Shown one piece after another: positions 27,385-35,105 of a stretch of DNA of 64,000 nucleotides. Numbering within the stretch: position 1 is the stretch's first letter; each line of letters opens with the position of its first letter. The translations under genes were made by a program, and so were the position numbers. This stretch comes from an uncultured Gammaproteobacteria bacterium (GTDB lineage Bacteria > Patescibacteriota > Patescibacteriia > Magasanikbacterales > UBA922). The notes under the pieces were generated by a model. It had not been told where the DNA came from, searched no databases, and saw only the letters and a program-made list of their open reading frames with translations. The DNA lies in NCBI GenBank assembly GCA_964345045.1, contig CAYFPM010000001.1, positions 300,215 to 364,214 of the forward strand, read 5' to 3'.

Positions 27385-27699
27385 ATGTTTGCAGTTATAG
27401 AAACTGGTGGCAAACAATACCTAATCAAGACTGGTGACAGCCTAAAAGTGGAAAAATTGGACACTGAGGCTGGTAAAGAAGTGGTTTTTGACAAAGTATT
27501 GCTACTGGCCAAAGAAGATGGTTCCGATGTAAAAATTGGTACTCCTTATCTAGATGGTGTCAGCATTGCTGCTACTGTCGAAGAGCAAGGCCGCAGCCGC
27601 AAATTGCGCGTGGTCAAGTTCAAACGCAAAGTGCGTTACAAACGTGTCCGTGGACACAGACAACATTTTTCTAAAGTGAAAGTTAAGGAAGTTAAATAA
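27385..27699 (+). CDS. rplU: 50S ribosomal protein L21
   Basis: MFAVIETGGKQYLIKTGDSLKVEKL. Confidence 0.9.
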   Translation: MFAVIETGGKQYLIKTGDSLKVEKLDTEAGKEVVFDKVLLLAKEDGSDVKIGTPYLDGVSIAATVEEQGRSRKLRVVKFKRKVRYKRVRGHRQHFSKVKVKEVK

Positions 27700-27715
27700 G
27701 AAAAAGAAAAATTTA

Positions 27716-27742
27716 AAACCCCGAGATAATCGGGGTTTTTTG
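27716..27742 (+). terminator. rho-independent terminator of rplU
   Basis: aaaaccccgagataatcggggtttttt. Confidence 0.65.
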
Positions 27743-28117
27743 TTTGACTTATTTTGGTTTTGTGTTTATTCTTCAAAAAGAAAGAGAGGTTTTTAATGAA
27801 ATTTTGGGATGCCTTGGCACCTCAGTCCGAGAGACAAGTACTATCTGCAAAAGCTAAAGCACCGGTTAGCGTATGCGAAACTTGCCTATGGTTTTCTCGT
27901 TTTCCAGATGGAAACAATGAGCATGGGCATCCGGGGAGGTGTACTTTGTATCGCCCAGAGCACAGGTCGGAGCCTTACTCAGAAAGGCCTCCTTGCGCGG
28001 ATTTGTAAGAGGGGCTATCTCTTTTGCCATTATCGATCTTTGTGGGGTGTCTATCTTACTACCCCAACCACTTCTTGTTTTCAGCAGATTTTTTGGTGAG
28101 AAGAATAAGTGTAAAGT

Positions 28118-28153
28118 AAAAAAAACACCAGTTTTACGGCTGGTGTTTTTTTG
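28118..28153. terminator. bidirectional terminator-like hairpin (A8-acaccag..ctggtgt-T7)
   Basis: aaaaaaaacaccagttttacggctggtgttttttt. Confidence 0.5.
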
Positions 28154-28321
28154 CATAACGTTCCGGTATATCTGATGTTGCAACCGTAGGGAGCAATATG
28201 GGTGAGCATTTGGCGTTAGGCAAGCGCGAACCAGATATACGCTGTTAGCTGATGTATTCCTTTTCTTTTTGCCGATGAAATAGGGATTGTTTTAAAAATT
28301 TTCAAATTTCTTTTTCCGTTT

Positions 28322-28351
28322 GGGGGAGGGGGAAGAGGGGAATTAAAGGGG
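28322..28351 (+). other. G-quadruplex-forming motif (G5-N1-G5-N3-G4-N7-G4)
   Basis: gggggagggggaagaggggaattaaagggg, downstream of the toxin gene 3' end. Confidence 0.35.
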
Positions 28352-28402
28352 TGAATTCCTACTCCTTCAAACACCCACAGTGGTCTCATTACTTTTTCTA
28401 TC

Positions 28403-28795
28403 CTATAGAAGGTGGTTGTATTCTGGATAATTTTCTTTGATAAGTCGCTTCCAGTTCGCTGTTTCACTACCTCCGCCTAAATCATTTTTGTGATATACGA
28501 GGAGTACAGAAATTTGCGACGTATCTGTGTGGATTGCCAGGATACAACGATTTCCAGATGCTTTTCTTGATTGATTTGTACCAGCAACAGTAAATTCTGT
28601 CTTACATATCTTAACAGTCTCAGTGTGCACTATCACTTCTGCAATACTTCGATCAAATAGTACATCAATGCTTTGATACTGTCTCACAAGAGCCTCTCTC
28701 GTAATATCCCAAGCACGTTTATATTTCCTTTGGAACTTTTTTACAAAATGCCGCTCAGCAAAGGCGGCAAATGTAACAATATACTTAGTAGACAT
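28403..28795 (-). CDS. RelE/ParE-superfamily-like toxin (130 aa)
   Basis: N-terminus YIVTFAAFAERHFVKKF and C-terminus CILAIHTDTSQISVLLVYHKND resemble the RelE y.v.f..a.kdl / yRiiY...vlrighRkd pattern. Overlaps the upstream antitoxin gene by 11 nt. Confidence 0.5.
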   Translation of the reverse strand: MSTKYIVTFAAFAERHFVKKFQRKYKRAWDITREALVRQYQSIDVLFDRSIAEVIVHTETVKICKTEFTVAGTNQSRKASGNRCILAIHTDTSQISVLLVYHKNDLGGGSETANWKRLIKENYPEYNHLL

Positions 28796-29471
28796 ACTCC
28801 GGATCCTCTTGGGTAATAAGAGAATAAGGAATAATCTCGTTATCCTCACAAATTGAATAAGGAAGCTGCTGGTGTGTAAATTTTACAATCTCGTTTGTTC
28901 TTTTGTCCTTCCACTTCTTTGCAATACTCTTGATGAGCTCTTTCTCTTCTTTTGAGAGTGAAGCCAATTTTGCACGTCGAACTGCTTCTGATTCTCCTAC
29001 CAGGATTGCATCACCTTTGCGTTTGATGGAGATAGTCCCTTCATCTTCTAGCTCGGTGAGTGCACGGAAGTACATATCTGGCACAGGTCCGTATTCAATC
29101 TTTCGATATTTCATACCGCTCATACTCTCGAGGTGGTTGTAGAACCATGCAAAGTCTGCAAGGTACACGAGTTTCGCTAGTTTGGTTTTTGGGATTCTTC
29201 CGTCTCCCTTGTGTCCTGCAGTACGGAGATAGGCAAGAATAATTTCTTTGTACTTTTCGTAGTTTGGGATCATTTCAGATTGTAGATCCTCAATTTCAAT
29301 ACCAAACATATCCGCCAGCTTGTGCGCTTCGGAGAGTGAGAGTTCACGCTTTCCTTGTTCGATAGAAAGATATGAAGTGCGCGCGATCTCGAGTCGATCC
29401 GCGACCTCTTGTTGTGAAAAGCCTCGCTTTTCACGTAACTCTTTGATGAATTGTGCGTATGCTTGGCTCAT
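28785..29471 (-). CDS. antitoxin: HTH-XRE + Panacea (DUF4065/SocA-like) domain protein (PanA-type)
   Basis: HTH: ELREKRGFSQQEVADRLEIARTSYLSIEQGKR; Panacea: PKTKLAKLVYLADFAWFYNHLESMSGMKYRKIEYGPVPDMY. Confidence 0.7.
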   Translation of the reverse strand: MSQAYAQFIKELREKRGFSQQEVADRLEIARTSYLSIEQGKRELSLSEAHKLADMFGIEIEDLQSEMIPNYEKYKEIILAYLRTAGHKGDGRIPKTKLAKLVYLADFAWFYNHLESMSGMKYRKIEYGPVPDMYFRALTELEDEGTISIKRKGDAILVGESEAVRRAKLASLSKEEKELIKSIAKKWKDKRTNEIVKFTHQQLPYSICEDNEIIPYSLITQEDPEYVY

Positions 29472-29518
29472 ATATGTATTAGTTAAGAGTACTCTTATAT
29501 ACCACAGTATAACATATT

Positions 29519-29562
29519 TGTCAATATATTGACATAATGTTGTCCACACACTTGACAACATT
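29519..29562. promoter_or_regulatory. operator-like palindromes upstream of the antitoxin gene
   Basis: TGTCAATATATTGACA, a perfect 16-bp palindrome at 29519-29534, then ATGTTGTC-N9-GACAACAT at 29538-29562. Confidence 0.55.
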
Positions 29563-29638
29563 TAAATATTTTGAGAAAATATCTCTGCTGGTGTGGTCGA
29601 GCCAGTAGAGTATATATTATTAATCCCGTCATACATAT

Positions 29639-29926
29639 ATGACTAACATAATTTCTGAGTTTGAAGCATTTATGGGCAAAAACGGTCAGTATTATAGCCA
29701 ATTCTATGTTGGTATAACTGATGACCCACGTGAAAGACTCGTAAGTGGACATGGGGTGCATGATCGAATACCACACATCTATACCACTAATCCTTTGCCA
29801 ACGACAACTGTACGAAATATGGAGAAGTATTTTCTTCAAAAAGGTGCACGAGGTGGAACTGGTGGGGGTATTGGTGCTACTAGGTATCTTTATTCGTACT
29901 TGATCACGAACAGTACTCGTCAATAG
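29639..29926 (+). CDS. small GIY-YIG-like protein (95 aa)
   Basis: QFYVGITDDPRERLVSGHG resembles the YhbQ/UPF0213 GIY-YIG core; Gly-rich tail; divergent from the TA operon. Confidence 0.35.
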   Translation: MTNIISEFEAFMGKNGQYYSQFYVGITDDPRERLVSGHGVHDRIPHIYTTNPLPTTTVRNMEKYFLQKGARGGTGGGIGATRYLYSYLITNSTRQ

Positions 29927-30230
29927 ACAAGAGGTCAATTGAGCAAACGTGCTGGCTTATCAAGATCTTGCGGAGACACCAACGTATCAACAGTGACAGC
30001 ACTGTACGTTCATCTCTCCAATGGAGTGAGAAAGGCACTCCTCGCTTACAAAGAAACGCGCTTGTCGTGTTTTTTTGTTTATATTCCCCGAAAAAAGAAA
30101 TTTGAAAATTTTTAAAACAATTGGGCGTTAGCTCAGAAAAGAAAAGGAATATTTCAGCTAACTAGACATTATACGAACTAATTACCTAAATAATACCAAA
30201 AAATGTATAAAATACGAATTTTTTAAAAAA

Positions 30231-30824
30231 TCACCCCTTTGTTCTATTTTTCAAAGCACTCCCCAGAGTAATCTCATCGGCATACTGCAAATCACTGCCC
30301 ATCGGCAAACCTCTGGCTAGTCTAGTCACAGTCAAATCCGGGGTCAGCTCTTTCAATTTCTTTTCCAAAAACATCATAGTTGTCTCACCCTTCAAATCCG
30401 GATTAAGCGCCAAGATAATTTCCTTGGCCTCTTTGGCTCTGTCCAAAAGCTCGGCTACTTTGAGATATTTAATTTCGTCTTGCCTGTCTGGCCGAATCGT
30501 GCCACGCAACACATGATAAGTACCATGGTACTCACCAGTTTTTTCAAACACTTGCACGCTTTGTGGTTGATCCACTACACAGATAGTAGCTTTGTCTCTT
30601 CTATTATTAGCACAAACCCTACATGGTGATTGATCGGAAAAATCCCAACAAATTTCGCAACTTTGGATAGAATCAATCAAATATTTGAGAGAATTAATCA
30701 TATCCGCCACATCCCGCTTGCCACTTTTTAATAAATAAAAAACAAACCTCTCGGCCGTGCGTTGACCAACCGAGGGTAGTTTGGAAAAAGAATTAATAAG
30801 TTGTTGGATTGGAGGAGGATACAT
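30231..30824 (-). CDS. recR: recombination protein RecR
   Basis: HhH N-terminus, C4 zinc finger (CEICWDFSDQSPCRVC), Toprim. Confidence 0.9.
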   Translation of the reverse strand: MYPPPIQQLINSFSKLPSVGQRTAERFVFYLLKSGKRDVADMINSLKYLIDSIQSCEICWDFSDQSPCRVCANNRRDKATICVVDQPQSVQVFEKTGEYHGTYHVLRGTIRPDRQDEIKYLKVAELLDRAKEAKEIILALNPDLKGETTMMFLEKKLKELTPDLTVTRLARGLPMGSDLQYADEITLGSALKNRTKG

Positions 30825-30829
30825 ATAAA

Positions 30830-30898
30830 ATAAGCAGAATAAGAAGTAAGCAGATTAAGCTTTTTGCTTACTCGCTTACTCTGCTTATGATAGTCCGG
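30830..30898. repeat. AAGCAGAATAAG-family imperfect long hairpin between recR and ybaB
   Basis: taagcagaataagaagtaagcagattaagc tttt gcttactcgcttactctgcttat. Confidence 0.5.
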
Positions 30899-31187
30899 TT
30901 AAGTCTGGCATACCACCCATGTCTTTCATTTTCATAGCCATAATGCGTTGCATTTTTTTCATGGCTTCGGCATGAGCTTCTTTGATAGCTTCTTGAAGTT
31001 TGTTTTGATTTTCTGGTTTTAGCATTTCCGGGTCAATAGCTAGGCCAGTCATTTTTAGATTACCGTCCATAGTCATTACCACTTTGTCACCAGCAGTTTT
31101 TACAGTTACAGTTTCTTCGGCCAAAGCGCTTTGCATAGTTTTGGCTTGGTCACGAAGATCTTTAAATTGTTTTAGTTTGTTGAACAT
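30885..31187 (-). CDS. ybaB: nucleoid-associated protein YbaB/EbfC
   Basis: MFNKLKQFKDLRDQAKTMQ...; ~100 aa; synteny with recR. Confidence 0.85.
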   Translation of the reverse strand: MFNKLKQFKDLRDQAKTMQSALAEETVTVKTAGDKVVMTMDGNLKMTGLAIDPEMLKPENQNKLQEAIKEAHAEAMKKMQRIMAMKMKDMGGMPDLTGLS

Positions 31188-31205
31188 AACAAAAGAATTA
31201 AGTAT

Positions 31206-31290
31206 ATAAGCAGATTAAGTAATAAGCATATTAATTTTTAAAAATAATTTGTGATTTATTTTCTCTTATTGCTTATTCTGCTTACTTCTT
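31206..31290. repeat. AAGCAGAATAAG-family inverted repeat (dnaB terminator region)
   Basis: ataagcagattaagtaataagcat ... cttattgcttattctgcttacttcttaa. Confidence 0.5.
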
Positions 31291-31297
31291 AATTTGC

Positions 31298-32755
31298 TTA
31301 AAAACTTGGTACTTTTGGAGCACCTCCGGCAGGAGGAGCCGGTTGATTTGGTGGAGTTTGTGGGGGTGTTCCTGTAGCAGCTGGTGGGGCGTAGTGAGTT
31401 TCTAGATTGCGGTAACTGGCACGAGAAGCATCAAAAAATAGTTTAACCACACCAGTAGGACCGTTTCTGTGTTTGGCTACATGAATTTCACCGATGTTGC
31501 GTTCGTCTGGTGGAATATCTTCTGGGCGGTAGTTGCGGTCGGCCGCTTTTCTATAAATAAACATAACTACATCGGCATCTTGCTCGATACTACCAGAATC
31601 ACGCAAATGTGACAACTTTGGAATAGCCGGTTTGGTTTGTTCTACCGCACGAGACAGCTGAGATAGAGATAATACTGGTACGTTAAGTTCACGAGCAATT
31701 CCTTTTAGAGCTCTACTCATTTCGGCTACTTCTTGTACACGGTTGTCACTACCTTTTTTGCTATGAGATTCAATTAATTGCAAGTAATCGATAATAATAA
31801 GATCCAAGCCATGTTCGGATTGCAAACGTCTGGCTTTGGTGCGGATTTGCAAAACATTGTTGCCCGGGGCGTCGTCTATAAAAATAGAAGCTTCCGAAAG
31901 CACACCCATAGCCCGACCAATTTTTGGAAAGTCTTGGCTGTCTGGTTTGTCGGACAAGTTTCCAGTACGCATTTTCCACAGGTCGACTCCGGCTTCGGAA
32001 CAAAGCATACGGTCTACCAATTGTTCCTTGCTCATTTCTAGAGAAAATACACCTACCTTGGCTTTGCCTCGGACTGCGGCGTGCCTGGCAATGTCTAGAG
32101 CAAAAGAGGTTTTCCCAACAGAAGGTCTGGCTGCCAAAATTACCAAATCTGATTTTTGTAGACCGGCCAAAAGATTGTCTAGCTGGGTAAAACCAGTTGG
32201 GATCCCTCGCATTTTGCCTTTGTCGCGGTGTAATTCATCTATTCTTTCAAAAGCATCGCTAAGCACCATTTTGATATCTGTAAAATTTTGTTTGAGGTGT
32301 TTTTGGGTTACACCAAATAATTGTTTTTGAGCTTCGTCCAAAACGTGTTCTATATCTTCTTCTTCGTTGTAACCTAGTTTGGTAATGTCGCCGGCTGCTG
32401 CCAAAAGTTTTCGCAATGTAGCTTTTTTGCGAACAATATTGGCATAGTTTTTTATATTAGACGAAGTTGGTACTACTGTAGATAAGCCAGCCAGATAACT
32501 ACGGCCCCCAAGTTTTTCTAATTGTTTTTTTTCTTCTAATCTAGTGGAGAGAGTTAGTAAGTCAATCGGTTCATTTTTACTATACAATTCCTGCATGGTT
32601 TCAAAAATGTCTTTGTGGGCATTTTTGTAAAAATCATCTGGTGAGACGGCATCGGCAATTTTGAGCATGGCGTCTTTGTCTATCAAAACAGAGCCGAGGA
32701 GAGATTTTTCGGCTTCTAGATTTTGTGGGGGGATTTTTTCTGGGTTTTGAGACAT
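31298..32755 (-). CDS. dnaB: replicative DNA helicase DnaB with GC-rich Pro-rich C-terminal tail
   Basis: Walker A ARPSVGKTSFALDIA, DnaB N-terminal domain; extra tail APPAATGTPPQTPPNQPAPPAGGAPKVPSF containing palindrome CCTCCGGCAGGAGG. Confidence 0.9.
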   Translation of the reverse strand: MSQNPEKIPPQNLEAEKSLLGSVLIDKDAMLKIADAVSPDDFYKNAHKDIFETMQELYSKNEPIDLLTLSTRLEEKKQLEKLGGRSYLAGLSTVVPTSSNIKNYANIVRKKATLRKLLAAAGDITKLGYNEEEDIEHVLDEAQKQLFGVTQKHLKQNFTDIKMVLSDAFERIDELHRDKGKMRGIPTGFTQLDNLLAGLQKSDLVILAARPSVGKTSFALDIARHAAVRGKAKVGVFSLEMSKEQLVDRMLCSEAGVDLWKMRTGNLSDKPDSQDFPKIGRAMGVLSEASIFIDDAPGNNVLQIRTKARRLQSEHGLDLIIIDYLQLIESHSKKGSDNRVQEVAEMSRALKGIARELNVPVLSLSQLSRAVEQTKPAIPKLSHLRDSGSIEQDADVVMFIYRKAADRNYRPEDIPPDERNIGEIHVAKHRNGPTGVVKLFFDASRASYRNLETHYAPPAATGTPPQTPPNQPAPPAGGAPKVPSF

Positions 32756-32945
32756 GGATTGCGCTGATTATTCGCAGATTAGGCAAATTTAGATGTGATA
32801 CGAATCTGATTTATTACTGTCATTGAGTTGTCTAAGGTTTGCCTATAATAGCTTATCTAAACTTGGCTAGCAAACTGTAGTTATGGATAGAATGTGTGTT
32901 TTTTGGGGAAAAATAAAAAGCCCAAAAGACAGGCTCCTATTATTT

Positions 32946-33064
32946 ATGTGCGAATTACGAATTTTGCGAATATACGAATAAAGTATTTATATTTATTATT
33001 CGTTCTTTTGTTTTACTAAATTAAAGTATTCGTGAATTCGTACTATTCGTAATTCGCACATCAT
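32946..33064. repeat. ~40-bp imperfect inverted repeat with TACGAAT/ATTCGT iteron-like units, upstream of dnaB
   Basis: atgtgcgaattacgaattttgcgaatatacgaataaagtat ... agtattcgtgaattcgtactattcgtaattcgcacat. Confidence 0.5.
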
Positions 33065-33110
33065 ATGGAATTGTGACGGACGCTGGTTGGCCCCCTCTTT
33101 GTGGCCAGCG

Positions 33111-33395
33111 TCAGGCGGCGGAGTCTTCGGCTTGGAAGCGGCTGATCTCGATGTGTGGAACGGCATAGCCCTTTGGGTTGCCAAATATGATGTCGTTTTG
33201 AACAAGGTACTTGATCACTCCCATGATGTTGTCCATGTCGACTCCAAGGCCAACCAGCTTTGCCGAAAGCTTGCTCAGGTTCCAGCTCTTTCCACGGAGA
33301 GTATCTCCGTTTGAGAGTGCCCCGTAGAGTTGCTCCTTAGAGAACTTTGGTTTGATAGGTGCGATGTGAGTATACACACTTCTTCCTTTGTTCAT
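33111..33395 (-). CDS. hypothetical 94-aa protein, moderately GC-rich (~50%)
   Basis: Strong SD ggaaggag 6 nt upstream of ATG (MNKGRSVYTHIAPIKPK...); composition distinct from neighbours. Confidence 0.4.
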   Translation of the reverse strand: MNKGRSVYTHIAPIKPKFSKEQLYGALSNGDTLRGKSWNLSKLSAKLVGLGVDMDNIMGVIKYLVQNDIIFGNPKGYAVPHIEISRFQAEDSAA

Positions 33396-33445
33396 GGATC
33401 TCCTTCCAATATTTATATTAACCTTGTATATTATAATGGTCAAGT

Positions 33446-34504
33446 ATGAAGTATTGCTTAATAAACAATTTATATCCTCCTTATTCCCTAGGGGGAGCCG
33501 AGCAAATGGTAAAAAGGCAGGCCAAAAAGCTAATAGCCGAGGGTCATGAAGTAATAATAATTACCACTGCTGCCGAAGGAGACCACATTTGGCAAGACGA
33601 GGGCAAAACAGTCTATCGTTTTCGACCCAAAAATATTTACTACTACAAAGAGGCCAGCAAAAAGAATTTTGCTTTGCGTTTGGTTTGGCAATTTGTAAAT
33701 ATGTTTAACTATTCTGCTGCCAGGCAGATAAAAAATATTTTGCAAAAAGAAAAGCCGGATATAGTCCACACTCACAATCTAATGGGCGTTAGTTTTTTGA
33801 TCCCAAAAGTAATTAAGAATTTAAAAATAAAACATTACCATACTCTGCACGATGTGCAGTTAGTAGAACCCAGCGGAATTATAATGTGGCAGACAAGAGA
33901 TTCGATTAGATACAAAAATATTTTTGCTTATCTTTATACTTATTTTTGTAAAAAATTATTTGGTTCACCAGAACAAGTTTTTGCTCCGTCGCAATTTATA
34001 AAAGATTTTTACAAAAGCAAAGGGTTTTTTCCAGATTCAAAGTGGCAAGTAGACGAAAAGCCTATTTTTAATCCAAAAGAAAATTTTAATAAAAATAAAT
34101 TTATTTTTGTTGGTGCTCTTACAGAACACAAAGGGATAAAAATTTTAATGCAGGCTTGGGATAAACTAGAAAAAGAGGCTTTGCTAACTATAGTAGGGGG
34201 AGGAGATTTGGAATCAAAGGTTAGTAAATGGGCAGAAGCAAAAAATAATGTAAATTTTTTGGGTAAAAAAGATAACAAAGAAGTGCAAGAAATTTATGCT
34301 AGTCACAGCACTTTGATTTTTCCATCTTTGGCTATTGAGAATAGACCAACTGTAATTGTAGAAGCTTTGGCAAAAGGTTTGTCTGTGATTGCTACCGACA
34401 CTGGTGGCACCAAAGAGCTTTTGGAAGAGAATGAAAAATTAAAGTTGATTGAAGCGGGTAATGTAAAGGAATTAAGAGAAGCAATTGAAAGGAGGATTGA
34501 ATAA
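33446..34504 (+). CDS. GT4-family glycosyltransferase
   Basis: GT-B fold with C-terminal EX7E-type region ENRPTVIVEALAKGLSVIATDTGGTKELLEE. Confidence 0.75.
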   Translation: MKYCLINNLYPPYSLGGAEQMVKRQAKKLIAEGHEVIIITTAAEGDHIWQDEGKTVYRFRPKNIYYYKEASKKNFALRLVWQFVNMFNYSAARQIKNILQKEKPDIVHTHNLMGVSFLIPKVIKNLKIKHYHTLHDVQLVEPSGIIMWQTRDSIRYKNIFAYLYTYFCKKLFGSPEQVFAPSQFIKDFYKSKGFFPDSKWQVDEKPIFNPKENFNKNKFIFVGALTEHKGIKILMQAWDKLEKEALLTIVGGGDLESKVSKWAEAKNNVNFLGKKDNKEVQEIYASHSTLIFPSLAIENRPTVIVEALAKGLSVIATDTGGTKELLEENEKLKLIEAGNVKELREAIERRIE

Positions 34505-34506
34505 TT

Positions 34507-35016
34507 ATGAAAGAAACAAGATTAATAGTTCTACGAGGTCCATCTGGATCTGGAAAAAGTTCTGTTGCTAGGTCTGTGAGAGTAGAAGAATTAGAAAAAA
34601 ATAAAAAAATAGCTTATATCGAACAAGATTATTTTAGGAGAATCGTTTTGAAAGAGAAAGATATTGTCAACGGATTTAATATAGAATTTATCAAGGAAAC
34701 AGTTAAGTTTTTGCTTAGTAAAAATTATGATGTAATAATGGATGGTATATTTGATAATAATCGTTATAAAAAAATGTTTGAAGAGTTAATTAAATTTCAT
34801 CCTAATAATAATTTCTTTTTTTATTTTGATATTTCTTTTGAAGAAACTCTAAAAAGACACAATACCAAACCTAACAAAAATGATTTTGGTGAAAAGGAAA
34901 TGAGAGCTTGGCATAAGGATAAAGATTTTCTTGAATTTGTAGAAGAAAATTTGATTACAGAAAATAATAATTTTGATGAAAATGTAAGAGCAATTATAGA
35001 TTCTTGTAGTATTTAG
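34507..35016 (+). CDS. P-loop kinase / AAA_33-like small NTPase
   Basis: Walker A LRGPSGSGKSS; translationally coupled to the GT4 gene. Confidence 0.5.
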   Translation: MKETRLIVLRGPSGSGKSSVARSVRVEELEKNKKIAYIEQDYFRRIVLKEKDIVNGFNIEFIKETVKFLLSKNYDVIMDGIFDNNRYKKMFEELIKFHPNNNFFFYFDISFEETLKRHNTKPNKNDFGEKEMRAWHKDKDFLEFVEENLITENNNFDENVRAIIDSCSI

Positions 35017-35064
35017 ATTTAATTTTTTACTTTTGTAATTCAAAGGTTTACGATTACCGAGTAA

Positions 35065-35095
35065 CCCCCTCTGTCTCCCCCTTGGTAAGGGGGAG
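35065..35095. repeat. intergenic GC-rich palindromic element (CCCCCTCTGTCTCCCCCTTGGTAAGGGGGAG)
   Basis: Sits between convergent genes; ~87% identical to the element at 59876. Confidence 0.7.
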
Positions 35096-35105
35096 TACTT
35101 GAAAA

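Noticed and set aside
32760-32940. DnaA-box cluster / oriC call upstream of dnaB
   Set aside because: No TTATCCACA-type boxes were found. Only the TACGAAT iteron-like inverted repeats are reported as an observation.
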